Assembly: GCF_001194135.2 (NCBI RefSeq)
Contig: NC_068986.1
Location: 30,349,091 to 30,413,090 of the forward strand
Origin: Octopus bimaculoides
Lineage: Eukaryota
Direction: 5' to 3'
Length of the DNA: 64,000 bases
Position 1 is the first letter of the stretch; each line of letters opens with the position of its first letter. Under the pieces are notes generated by a model, which was given only the letters and a program-made list of their open reading frames with translations, made no database searches and had not been told where the DNA came from. The position numbers were made by a program, and so were the translations under genes. Below are positions 13,062 through 26,047 of this stretch, in pieces.

Positions 13062-15794
13062 GTAAGATCACTTAAGCACTGCACCAAATAGACTAGAAGG
13101 CAGCATTTCCTTTCAAGATTTTCACATACGTTATTGGTATTCTTTTAAAGAGCTATTGGGACTTTTGGTGCTACGATTTTTTTTTTCTGCTTTTTGGTAA
13201 AAGTTTTTGTTTTGTTTTAATGGTTTGCTTTGATGAAGACAATATAACATATGCACATGTACATACGCACGCACACACACACACACACACACTCCCTTAT
13301 AATCAAGCAGCAGTTTAGTGTTCTAACAGATACTAGCAGTGCCCAGTTACAATTTAACATCCTTATACTACTTTAACACTGGTTGATGGTACAAGCAAAC
13401 AGCAGCCATGCTGAGAATTGTTGTTTGGCATTTGTGTGAAACGAGGTAATGAGAGCTTGATTTCCTCTACTAATATAGGTTATTTTTGTTTTGTCTTTGT
13501 CTCTTATTTTCTATGCATAGCTGTATATCTGTCCTGTAAACAAAGTAAGTAAATCTATGGTTGAGAGGAGAGGTAGTGAGTCATCAACTGGATAAAACTT
13601 TCAAAGTAGAACTAAAAAATAGTGCATGATAAAATTGGGTTAAAAAATAATGCTGTTTAGGTTTGTCAAAACATGGAATACTAGTTATTATATTTCTAGT
13701 GGAACAACCTAAAGAGAAACTCTTAATTTAGAATAAACAAGTGTATCTTGTATTCATTGACCTGGAGAATATTTTTACTTACCACAAGTTGTAGTATTGA
13801 CTATTTTATATTGTTATATAATTGAATGATAGGTAAGTGATTTATGAAGGTATTTTAGACTAAATATGAGAGATAAACTCTAAATCAATACTGAAATAAT
13901 CACAAAGAAGTCTAGGACTGGTCATTCAGAAAAACCGTTGAGGAACTACAAAGTTCATTACTTAGAAGACTAGGTTTAATTCTATAAATCTTGTAGGCAA
14001 ACATGACCAAAGCCTAAGAACAAATGTTACTGCTACTCAGTCTTAGAGAAATGGTTTGACTCAATGCAGGAAACACATTGGTAGAAACAGTCTGACCAAA
14101 TATTAGATGCATAAAAGATTCTGTAGCCACTTGCAGACTTACAGGAAATCAAAATTGCAGGTATACCATATCCTGTGGAATATCTAACAAGTTACCAATC
14201 AATGGATGACTCATTGTGATTTAGTTGGCATAATATTTGAAAATAGGACAGATTATAATATATACTGCATGTGAATGGTGTGGAAGAAGTTCAGAGAACT
14301 GTGGCATGTGTATGAGGTGGAATTTATAGTAAAACTATCAATGAAATTGTGAAATGAAATTACACAAAATGACGCGAAGAATGAGTTGAATGCTGTCATT
14401 TGTCTATTTACTTAAAATTGAGAGTAGTCACTGCATGATCTTTCTTAGCTAACTTACATTCAAATATGTTTGATGACATATATGAGGACACATAATCTAA
14501 CTAGATGTGTGCTGAGTGAAAAATCCTTTTGAGTTTCTGAGAAAGAGGTGTTGGCAATACAAGACCTGAGAAAAAGTTGTTAGCATCCACATCAGTTGTC
14601 AGTGATAAAATGGAGAAAGCCAATGTATACAATCTGTTCGTACACTGTCTTTTATTTTTCTATTCATATAGCAGAAAATCTTAGATTTATAAGAGAAAGT
14701 AAATTAGAGCATGGTTTCATGTCTTTCTCAAAAGCATTAACTATACAAGTGAAACAGTTATAACTAGATATCAATACATGGACAGGGTTCACAAAAATAC
14801 TACAGTCCAATATATTTCTATAACCCTGTTCAGCTTCTCCAAACTTCCATCCTCTTCTATTGTAAACCCTTCAAATAATTCACCGCCTTTGCCTTTCCAC
14901 TTCTCACTAGCCACACTATTACTTTCTCAAGGCACTCCTCAATGCAGCAGCTGGTGTCACCAATCATTGACCTTTAGCACTTCACTTTACACTTATTTCC
15001 TACACTTGCCGGTCTTAAGAAAGCCAGTACAGGTTAACTCATTGGAAATTAATTGATATATAATGTTGTCTTAGGAGGGTCTTTATTCCAATAATAAGCA
15101 TATGCACTGGTTGTATTTCACTTCTTTCAGTATTATTCATCAACTAGTTAATTATTTAACCAATTAATTAGAGAGGGCATGTCATTAAGTTCATGAATGG
15201 CAATGAAAGGACTTTGAAAAAGCCAGCTGATTGATTGACTGAACAATTAACCAAACAACAATTAGTTAATTGGTTAAATATTAATTGACTGACTATGATA
15301 ATAAATATAACTGAAATAGAACTAGTGTGTGTATTTATTATTAGCATAATTACCTTCCTGAGAGATAACAAAATCTGTTTCAACACAAGTTCACATCAAG
15401 AATCTTACAAAGCAAATAGAAAAAAGTATACAAGGTACACTGGATACCACTAATTACTCAATTGATCATTACCATGACATATAATTAATTAAGCAGAAAA
15501 GGCTGAACCTACTCAAGAGCCAAAATATAGTCAAGAGCTGAGAGATAACTAGAAAATGTTTTAACTGCCTACAGGTATAATCAGTGTATCCCTTGTTGGC
15601 GTACAGTATATCTCACTTCTATGTGAGTAATAGTTTCCTTCTACAAACTTCCACTCACAAGCCATTTGTTGACCTGTGGCTGTGGTAGGAGACATTTGCC
15701 CAATGTGTTGTGGTGCTGTACAGTGGGACCAAACCTGAAACCACATGGTTGCAAATGCAAAAGAGATTGCCTTCACCACACAGTCATGCCAGCA

Positions 15795-16090
15795 TCCTGT
15801 ATGATTTTGTTAGTACCACTAATATATTCTCGGCGACGTGTTGTGTCCTTGAGCAAGACACTTTATTTTCATGTTGCTCCAGTCCACTCAGCTGGCAAAA
15901 ATGAGTAGTACCTGTATTTCAAAGGGCCAGCTTTGTCACACTATGTGTCACACTGAGTCTCCCTGAGAACTACGTTAGGGGTACACGAGTCTGTGGATTG
16001 CTCAGTCACTTGCACGTTAATTTCACAAGCAAGCTGTTCCGTTGATCGTATCAGCTGGGACCGTCGTTGGCGTAACCGACGAAGTGCTCT
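15795..16090 (+). mobile_element. SINE sharing its 3' tail with 22296-22678
   Basis: 'ttgtgtccttgagcaagacactttattt' body, then 'tacctgtatttcaaaggg...cacttgcacgttaatttcac...gctgttccgttgatcg' shared with the 22296 copy. Confidence 0.8.
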
Positions 16091-16936
16091 TATATATATA
16101 TGTATATATGTTCAAGGCAAAACATCAATGCAACTTGTCTCAATGCCTGTGTATAAATTTAAACTTGTGTCTGTTGAAGATGCAATCCATTGCAATCGTG
16201 TTTGGCTTTAAAACAGTTATGTTGAAATAAGAACATTTTTACCAAATACAAATTATTGGAAAGAATCAGTCACAAGTTTAACTAATAACCATATCAGTGC
16301 AGAATACATGAGTTGTAGAAAAACTAGATGACATTTTGTGATCAGAATTAAAGGAACAGCAAAAATGTCTAACCATTTATTACATGCACATTGACATATC
16401 ATGGAAATTGGTATTTCAATGTTAATACGAAGATAGCCTGGATAAATATACATTGTGATACAGACGTGTGTGTGTGTATGAGTGAGAAAGAGAGAGAATA
16501 TCTGAAGAAAGATTTCTTTGAGTTCGTACATAAAGTTAAATGGTTGAAAATATTTATTTCTAGTGTTTTACACTAATTGTTAGTTTGCTACATATTTTGG
16601 AAATATTTCTGGTTCTTTATTTATTTATTTTTTTTTTTTTTTTCATGTTTTAATCTGGTTTGGGGTTTCACTTAAAAATCAAGAATTATTCTTCTCAATC
16701 GGTGCAATTGCTAAATGGATAATATGCAGAAGAGTTTTTGGTTTGACCCTTATATCACATACCTAAATCGCTGCAGTTAATTCATTGTAGCCCTAAACCT
16801 GGTACAAGTAATATGTATATATATATGTAATATATATATAAGTACTATCGACGCATAGAACTGACACAACACTTAGATAGATTACAGAAGCTACTGGCAA
16901 AAAATAAATAAATAAATAAAATGACCACTCCGAAAT

Positions 16937-16982
<46 letters not shown>

Positions 16983-17265
16983 ATATCACTATTAATATCA
17001 GGAAATCAATATTAGAAAATTCATCATAAAGATATATACATGTGTAGAATAATTGTTGTATTAAAACTACATGTAAAAATATATGTAAATATGAATAAGT
17101 ATAAATATATAATATAATAATAATAAATATGTCAGTTTAAAAATTTTGAATTAAGTTTTAAAGCATCTTACAATCATTTCACAAAAGCGCTGTCCTAATA
17201 ATGGAATTCTATATTGATAAGCATTTATAGACAACTCTTCTGCTCTTCAGAGATATAAATTTTGA

Positions 17266-17307
<42 letters not shown>

Positions 17308-17912
17308 CATGATGCAATAGTTGCAGCAGCACAGGTAGGTTGCACCCTGTGGGCTTCCATACAGTTTCCATCTACCAACTTCACTCAAACCTTGGCTCAG
17401 CCTAGAGCTGTGATAAAAAAACAATTTCTCAAGATACCATGCATTTTAGATCAAACCTGGGGCTCATGATTGCCGAATGAAGTTCAGGTTTGCATCTAAA
17501 TATTACCTGTATCAAATATTAATATATTTAACCAGACCATACATACACAAATGGGGCCTCTATAAGCCAGCAAAAGAGCTTCTGTGTCGTTGTTTGACGT
17601 ACAGTAGCAGTCAAATTTCCATCAAATCGCACCCTGCTATTTTTTTTAAAAAAAGTCTCAATGCATAAATGTAATCAGTGATAAATATACAATGGCGTAA
17701 TCACAGCTGGAATGCTTTTGATCAGAGGTCTGCTTGACTACAGCAGTTAGTGAGGTTAGCCAACACATACACACGTATAATTAGTTCAATGGGTTGGTTT
17801 TTCTGTTAGTCTACTTCGTAGTCAGTTACTTGAGTCCTTTCCTTGTAAAAAAAAAAAAATTGTTGTTTTTGATAACCAGTTATAGAATTTGCTGTTACAA
17901 AATTAGAGATGA

Positions 17913-19868
17913 CTAGCAGCATAACCCGACGTTGTCCGGGTGTGACTTATTACGCCATCTACGATAAGTCTTGCTAGTTGAAAATCAACTAAAAAAGAAA
18001 GCCTTACAATGAAAAAACCCTTATGATGTAAATATGTTCATAATTCAAAAGACGAAATTAATAGGGAAAGTCTGAAGGCTGTTTTGTGTAACATTATTAA
18101 GTGTACGTAAATTTCATCCGTCTAATTGGGTATACAAATGCTTGTGCAAATTCCTTTTCGCAGGAGCTGCTAGGACAGCAATTTGTGATGAAGCAATTGC
18201 TGGCGATCTGTTGCTACACAGTTCTGCCAGAATTCTATCAGATTGGGCAGTAGATGATGATGCACCATTTTGCATTATGTTCAAAGTAACTTCTGGAATG
18301 TGGTGAATTGCTGCAGTCTGTTGCTGTCAATTTAAACCGGTTGCTTTCTTTCCCCAGCAAGCTCTCTTCTTTGGAGGCATAATCTATGTACGTATTAAAC
18401 AGAACAACAAAAGTTATAACAGATGGGAGGGTGGGTAGTTTTCACATTTCGGTGATTTTTCAGATTAACACCCGTACGATTTTCACTATAGTGTTAGGGT
18501 TTGTTAGGGTTAGGTAGGTAATGACGCAGGTGTTAATCTGAAGATTTACGAAAAGATTTTCAAAAAAAACTCACAGTTTGTAGGGAATAAATGTTTGTTG
18601 ATCGTATTTGAGAAACATGTCTCGCTGGTAAATGACGGTGTTAGAAATGGAAAGTAAACTTATAATTCCCGCCAATTAGAATGAGGTCATTGGTAACCAT
18701 AGGTACATATATATGTGTGTATTTACGTATGATTGGCAGTGTGTCTGTTTATCNNNNNNNNNNNNNNNNNNNNNNNNNNNNNNNNNNNNNNNNNNNNNNN
18801 NNNNNNNNNNNNNNNNNNNNNNNNNNNNNNNNNNNNNNNNNNNNNNNNNNNNNNNNNNNNNNNNNNNNNNNNNNNNNNNNNNNNNNNNNNNNNNNNNNNN
18901 NNNNNNNNNNNNNNNNNNNNNNNNNNNNNNNNNNNNNNNNNNNNNNNNNNNNNNNNNNNNNNNNNNNNNNNNNNNNNNNNNNNNNNNNNNNNNNNNNNNN
19001 NNNNNNNNNNNNNNNNNNNNNNNNNNNNNNNNNNNNNNNNNNNNNNNNNNNNNNNNNNNNNNNNNNNNNNNNNNNNNNNNNNNNNNNNNNNNNNNNNNNN
19101 NNNNNNNNNNNNNNNNNNNNNNNNNNNNNNNNNNNNNNNNNNNNNNNNNNNNNNNNNNNNNNNNNNNNNNNNNNNNNGGCAACACACACACTAAATAAAA
19201 AAGATGTTAGTAAGTAAAAGTGTTTTAAAAAAGATTGTTAAATTTTCAGATTAACACCCGTACGATTTTCACTATAGTGTTAGGGTTTGTTAGGGTTAGG
19301 TAGGTAATGACGCAGGTGTTAATCTGAAGATTTACGAAAAGATTTTCAAAAAAAACTCACAGTTTGTAGGGAATAAATGTTTGTTGATCGTATTTGAGAA
19401 ACATGTCTCGCTGGTAAATGACGGTGTTAGAAATGGAAAGTAAACTTATAATTCCCGCCAATTAGAATGAGGTCATTGGTAACCATAGGTACATATATAT
19501 GTGTGTATTTACGTATGATTGGCAGTGTGTCTGTTTATCTCACTCCCCTTCGTTTCTTTGTCTTTTTTCTTGGATCGTTCGTAAGAGGAAGTAGCAATTG
19601 AAACGATGTGTAAGAGGAATAGAAATAGTTAATTTTAGAAGGGCAAAGTAATTTTGTATGTATCTGTCATTTACAGTATCGAAATGTAATTGTTTCAGTT
19701 TTGATAGTTTTCTTTTTCTCCTTCCTTTCTTTTTGTATTTGTTGTTTGATTTTTCGTAAAGGTTCATCAGAGGAAGTAGGAGTTGAAAGGATTTGTATTA
19801 GAAAGAGGAAATTAGATTTTATTAGGGAGAAAATATTTACTCCTGTAGTTTTACGGATTTTATTCATT
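17913..19868 (-). mobile_element. Helitron-related unit (3' terminus at 17913), interrupted by an N-gap
   Basis: Minus strand ends in hairpin acccgGACAACGTcgggt followed by CTAG|T. About 270 bp of the terminal region matches 19870-20180. Carries a broken ORF starting MPPKKRAC. Confidence 0.75.
18754..19177. other. Assembly gap (one of 12)
   Basis: N runs also at about 20181-20849, 23611-23807, 24869-25579, 28500-28584, 32571-33227, 34157-34385, 40278-40298, 44291-44434, 45496-45505, 58794-58880, 59337-59346. Confidence 1.
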
Positions 19869-19869
19869 A

Positions 19870-21531
19870 CTAGCAGTATAACCCGACCTTGTCCGGGTGT
19901 GACTTATTATGCCATCTACGATAAGTCTTGCTAGCTGAAAATCAACTGAAAAAGAAAGCCTTACAACGAAAAAACCCTTATGATGTAAATATGTTCATAA
20001 TTCAAAAGACGATGAAATTAATAGGGAAAGTCTGAAGGCTGTTTTGCGTAAAATTATTAAGCATATGTAAATTTCATCCGTGTAATTGGCTATAGAAATG
20101 CTTGTGCAAAACAACTTTTTGCGCTGCCCTGATTATACATAGCAGGGTAATCCCTTTTAGCAGGAGCTAGGATGGCAATTNNNNNNNNNNNNNNNNNNNN
20201 NNNNNNNNNNNNNNNNNNNNNNNNNNNNNNNNNNNNNNNNNNNNNNNNNNNNNNNNNNNNNNNNNNNNNNNNNNNNNNNNNNNNNNNNNNNNNNNNNNNN
20301 NNNNNNNNNNNNNNNNNNNNNNNNNNNNNNNNNNNNNNNNNNNNNNNNNNNNNNNNNNNNNNNNNNNNNNNNNNNNNNNNNNNNNNNNNNNNNNNNNNNN
20401 NNNNNNNNNNNNNNNNNNNNNNNNNNNNNNNNNNNNNNNNNNNNNNNNNNNNNNNNNNNNNNNNNNNNNNNNNNNNNNNNNNNNNNNNNNNNNNNNNNNN
20501 NNNNNNNNNNNNNNNNNNNNNNNNNNNNNNNNNNNNNNNNNNNNNNNNNNNNNNNNNNNNNNNNNNNNNNNNNNNNNNNNNNNNNNNNNNNNNNNNNNNN
20601 NNNNNNNNNNNNNNNNNNNNNNNNNNNNNNNNNNNNNNNNNNNNNNNNNNNNNNNNNNNNNNNNNNNNNNNNNNNNNNNNNNNNNNNNNNNNNNNNNNNN
20701 NNNNNNNNNNNNNNNNNNNNNNNNNNNNNNNNNNNNNNNNNNNNNNNNNNNNNNNNNNNNNNNNNNNNNNNNNNNNNNNNNNNNNNNNNNNNNNNNNNNN
20801 NNNNNNNNNNNNNNNNNNNNNNNNNNNNNNNNNNNNNNNNNNNNNNNNNAATTTCATGAAAAAATGTTCATTTTCCTGGAAGTTAAGAGGAATTTAAGTG
20901 GAATTTCCGAATATTGTACCCCACCCCCTTCCAAAACACTTTCACCGAAAATTTTTGTATATTTGGAATCTACATAATAAATAATATATGTACATAAAAT
21001 TTCATTAAAAAATATTCATTTTTATGAAAGTTATGTCCTTCCAAAGTTGGGGGATACAACTCTGTAGTTATGCCATCAATGTTTTGTAAATATACCAAGA
21101 TGTGAATGACTGTGTTTACTTGCACAGAGAGCGAGAGAGGAAGAGGGGGAGAAATGAATAGAGATTGAGAGCAATGTGTATGTTGTTGTCACAGGTCAAG
21201 TATGTGTGGTTGTGTGTATTTTTATGTATCTATGTTATGAAAAATAGGTAAAGAACACGGAGATGAAAGTTTAATATATGACGTTGTATGTATCACTTTC
21301 TCTCTCTCTCTCTCCCTCTCCCTCTTTAACTCTTACTCTCTATATTTTTATGTTGAGCGCGTGTGTAAGAATCGCGTTCCAGGTAGAAGGGATGAAATAT
21401 AAAAGTTGCTAGAAACAACAGCCAAATCTCCCTTAAATCACACAAAGTAAACGAAGAAATTTTGAATTGTGAAAATGTATGAATTTTAAACATACACACA
21501 CACAGAGTAGATTTGCCTTTTATAGTATAGA
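19870..21531 (-). mobile_element. Non-autonomous Helitron with canonical termini
   Basis: Minus strand: A|TCTATACTATAAAAGG at the 5' end (21531) ... hairpin acccgGACAAGGTcgggt ... CTAG|T at the 3' end (19870). Lies between A and T, with no TSD. Confidence 0.85.
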
Positions 21532-22295
21532 TGAGGTCAGTGTATATAGCTACTGGTTGACTGACCGTTAGAATACTTGTAACCCCTGACATTATCGATA
21601 GAATCAATTGCGGTTAGTCCAATAGTCAATAAATGCTAGCAGAAGTTACAGAAACAAAGAGCAATTTATTGATTTGTGTTAAGATAAACTAATTTTGTAT
21701 TATACTACACCAAGAAATGGCTCCAGTAGCTATAAAACAACCAATATTTAACTTAACTTGCTAACCAATCTCAGCTCGCAGTAAACAAATTTAGAACTCT
21801 ATCTTTAGCATTTCAACAATGAAGTTAATTCATTTAATCCAACCATGCTCAGTCTTGTTGGAATTTTAATGACGGCATCTGGAAAATTCCCAAATCATAC
21901 AAAAAGCCACATTGGTGTTATCAATTCCTCATTTTAACATGAATTTAATAAAGATCTAATACTGTTGCTGTTGTGAGTGCTATGGGGCTAACAAAAGACA
22001 GACAAGTGTGGAGTAAACACTTAATAGTTATGTGGTTAAAAGCACGAGATTACTGACCACATTGTATTATAAATTCAGACTTGACAACAGTCATTATGTT
22101 CAGCCTATGACTAAATCCTATGACTTAGATTGGCTGGCAACATAGTTAAGTGATTTAGTGGTAAAAAATCATCCAACTTTTTTTTAAAGTATATAAATAC
22201 CTATGTTTGCTTAAGCTCATTTCACCCTTTGAAATAAGTAAAGGTAAGAAACCTCTAAATATTGGTTCATTTTTATCTGTATACTTTGTCAACGT

Positions 22296-22678
22296 GGAGG
22301 CACAATGGCCCAGTGGTTAGGGCAGCGGACTCGCGGTCATAGGATTGCGGTTTCGATTCCCAGACCGGGCGTTGTGAGTGTTTATTGAAAGAAAACATCT
22401 AAAAAGCTCCACGAGACTCCTTCAGGGGGTGGTGGCGAACCCTGCTGTACTCTTTCACCACAACTTTCTCTCACTCTTACTTCCTGTTTCTGTTGTACCT
22501 GTATTTCAAAGGGTCAGCCTTGTCACACTGTGTCACGCTGAATATCCCCGAGAACTACGTTAAGGGTACACGTGTCTGTGGAGTGCTCAGCCACTTGCAC
22601 GTTAATTTCACGAGCAGGCTGTTCCGTTGATCGGATCAACTGGAACCCTCGACGTCGTAAGCGACAGAGTGCCAACAC
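22296..22678 (+). mobile_element. tRNA-derived SINE, full length (OR-type-like)
   Basis: Head 'ggaggcacaatggcccagtggttagggcagcggactcgcggtc...ggtttcgattcccagacc' has Pol III A and B boxes, followed by about 300 nt of non-tRNA body. Confidence 0.9.
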
Positions 22679-22783
22679 ACAACACATTATCAACATAATG
22701 ACAGATGTTGCTGATTTTTCTCATGAAATTGATTTTCTTCGTTCCTATTAATTTCAAATTACAATAAATTGAATCATTTTCAG

Positions 22784-22814
22784 CTTCTATAGATGAAGAA
22801 AAAACAGATGACCT
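22784..22814 (+). CDS. Putative micro-exon: (A)SIDEEKTDD(L)
   Basis: Acceptor gaatcattttcag|, donor CCT|gtaaac, 31 nt, phase 1 to 2; would bridge 12990-13061 to 38746-38871 in frame. Confidence 0.3.
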
Positions 22815-23807
22815 GTAAACTGGCTTAAAATTATTTATTTGCTGTGTTTTTTAATCAATTTCAGAATCTATAAATTTTATATATTTTTTATAACTGCAGA
22901 GAAGTATAATTAAATTGTTATTGACTGACTTTTATTTTATATTTTAGATATGCCTTCAAGTATATACAAATTAATATATTTACTGCTTTCTATACATGCT
23001 ATTAATTCCATTATGTGTTACCCCGTACAAAATATATACGCTTAAATTTCAATTTAAGTATATTGAGTCAGAAGAACAGTATACCAAATGACTTTTTCAG
23101 TTTTTTAAAAACTATTGATGTTTTAAAACTATTGATGCAGTCGTTAGTTTGGCCTCCACTTCTGCTGTCTTGGGAAAATATTGTCAAACATGGAATTCTA
23201 GAATACTGTAGTTTAGTGAAGGAATAATTAGGAAGTTTGAGGGTTGAGATACAATAGTGACCAGGAAGAGAAGAAAGATGGGGATATCAGGTGGAGTTGT
23301 CAGAGAGAGTGGAAACAGCAGATTTGTCGGCTAATGGCTACAGTATGTTGATGACTGAATCTTAGAACCTATGAAATAGTGATTGTTAGGAATACCAAGC
23401 TAAAATATTATAAAACATATGCACACACACATATAAAATCATTATGCAATGGTTAAGTTATATAAATGGTCAGAATATTACCATTGGTGCCATACTTAAT
23501 ATTGCCACCAAACAATATTGATGACTATTAATTATTTTGAGGATGCTGTTTTTTTTCTGACTTATAGACAATTAACTGGTCACTTTTTATATATATATAT
23601 ATATATATATNNNNNNNNNNNNNNNNNNNNNNNNNNNNNNNNNNNNNNNNNNNNNNNNNNNNNNNNNNNNNNNNNNNNNNNNNNNNNNNNNNNNNNNNNN
23701 NNNNNNNNNNNNNNNNNNNNNNNNNNNNNNNNNNNNNNNNNNNNNNNNNNNNNNNNNNNNNNNNNNNNNNNNNNNNNNNNNNNNNNNNNNNNNNNNNNNN
23801 NNNNNNN

Positions 23808-24350
23808 ATGTATATAATTTAGAGAAAAGCCACTATTAAACAATTCAGTCATGAAGAGTGTAATTCATACCCTCCAGAAAATAAATATATCATAAAAACT
23901 TGACGTTTAAAATTTTAGTTTAAAAACCTTTTCTTCAATAAGTTCTGATTTATATTTTATTTATTTATTGTTAAAACAAGTATTTTTTATATATTTAGTT
24001 GATATTTATTACAAGTTACAATACGCATATTGATTTTTTTTTATTGTTTATTATTTATATTTTATTTTAGACCTGACGAGTGACTGTATCTTTGAATAGA
24101 TTTAATTGTAGATCGATTTGATTATTAATCAAATTATTAATTGAATTGGTTTTATAATTATCTATTTGAAAATATAGCCATGAAACGTGCGTAGTCATTT
24201 TTATACCATTTACTAGTTATTCTTTTATGTAATTTATTGATTTTTTTTAATAAGTTTTTATGGTATATTTATTTTCTGGAGTGTATGAATTGCATTCTTC
24301 AATATTGAATTGTTTAATAGTGATTTTTCTCTAAATTATATATATATATA
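23808..24350. mobile_element. Element with ~91-bp terminal inverted repeats in (TA)n context, containing a hammerhead motif
   Basis: 23811-23901 and 24252-24343 are inverted copies with about 9 mismatches by eye. Confidence 0.8.
24070..24196 (+). ncRNA. Hammerhead ribozyme motif (type I, minimal, extended stem II)
   Basis: GAC-CTGACGA-[~100-nt imperfect hairpin]-GAAA-C-GTGC-GTA|GTC. Stem I gac/gtc; stem III near-palindrome ACGTGCGT; predicted cleavage after A24193. Confidence 0.65.
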
Positions 24351-25809
24351 TATATAAAGTCGAGTTGAAGAGACAACATTTGTCATTTTACCAAAATAAA
24401 ACAGTAATCAGTTTTGACAATTTGCCAGATGAAACCATGGTAAATTATAATCTTAAACCATTTTTTCAATCTGATTGAAATGATTTATTTTACTCTATGT
24501 CTAGCATATGTCTGTGTGTATTTGTCCATCTGTGCAATATTACAGGGAGTATATACCAAAGCAAGTCCTTAAAACTCCTATTTGTGCATTTTATGAAATT
24601 ATTTACATGTAAATCAGTCCTCATCTTAGAGATTTCTTAAAGGCCTTCTAAACACAAGTTTATTTCTTTTGCATCTGAAATACCAGAGTGAAGCAACTGA
24701 TATTGGAAGTTGGAAACCAAGTTGAATATTTTGAATGTATTTTATACAATGACAAATTTTATGAAAAATTTTTGTCCATTTTCAAAGTTGGTATTGATTT
24801 ATTGTGAAGACTCAAGTTTTAAAATTGATCTTAAAACCTAGCACTTTTTTTTTTTTTTTTTTTTTTTTNNNNNNNNNNNNNNNNNNNNNNNNNNNNNNNN
24901 NNNNNNNNNNNNNNNNNNNNNNNNNNNNNNNNNNNNNNNNNNNNNNNNNNNNNNNNNNNNNNNNNNNNNNNNNNNNNNNNNNNNNNNNNNNNNNNNNNNN
25001 NNNNNNNNNNNNNNNNNNNNNNNNNNNNNNNNNNNNNNNNNNNNNNNNNNNNNNNNNNNNNNNNNNNNNNNNNNNNNNNNNNNNNNNNNNNNNNNNNNNN
25101 NNNNNNNNNNNNNNNNNNNNNNNNNNNNNNNNNNNNNNNNNNNNNNNNNNNNNNNNNNNNNNNNNNNNNNNNNNNNNNNNNNNNNNNNNNNNNNNNNNNN
25201 NNNNNNNNNNNNNNNNNNNNNNNNNNNNNNNNNNNNNNNNNNNNNNNNNNNNNNNNNNNNNNNNNNNNNNNNNNNNNNNNNNNNNNNNNNNNNNNNNNNN
25301 NNNNNNNNNNNNNNNNNNNNNNNNNNNNNNNNNNNNNNNNNNNNNNNNNNNNNNNNNNNNNNNNNNNNNNNNNNNNNNNNNNNNNNNNNNNNNNNNNNNN
25401 NNNNNNNNNNNNNNNNNNNNNNNNNNNNNNNNNNNNNNNNNNNNNNNNNNNNNNNNNNNNNNNNNNNNNNNNNNNNNNNNNNNNNNNNNNNNNNNNNNNN
25501 NNNNNNNNNNNNNNNNNNNNNNNNNNNNNNNNNNNNNNNNNNNNNNNNNNNNNNNNNNNNNNNNNNNNNNNNNNNNNNNGGCCTGTGTCACTTAAAATTG
25601 ACCTTGCATCTGTAGATGTGTGTGGAGACCTGAGCAGCATTTTTTAATTTTTTTTCTTTAGGAAGGCTAGCAGTTGCCTATACAAGTCTCCCATTCTTTG
25701 CACTAACAATACCTTCCCAAGATAAAGGCCACTAATTTGGCCAATGCAGATTGACAGTTTGCAGAAAGTCAAAACGGATATTGTAAGGCGTCTCAGCTGA
25801 CCCCTCTAA

Positions 25810-26047
25810 AATTCTTATTTCTTTATTGCCCACAAGGGTCTAAACATAGAGGGGACAAACAAGGACAGACAAAGGGATTAAGTTGATTACATCGACCCCA
25901 GTGCATAACTGGTACTTAATTTATTGACCCCGAAATAATAAAAGTCAAAGTCTCGGCAGAATTTTAACTCAGAACATAAAATGGCAGACAAAATACCACT
26001 AAGCATTTTGCCCGGTGTGCTAATGTTTCTACCAGCATGCTGCCTTA
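25810..26047 (-). mobile_element. SINE family B
   Basis: Aligns with 8042-8265; short flanking repeat aaaattct. Confidence 0.85.

Noticed and set aside
18495-18515. TTAGGG motifs as an interstitial telomere
   Set aside because: Only two or three imperfect units inside a transposon.
22296-22372. Possible tRNA gene
   Set aside because: tRNA-like head continues into a SINE body with no acceptor-stem closure or poly-T terminator; the same applies to family A and B heads.
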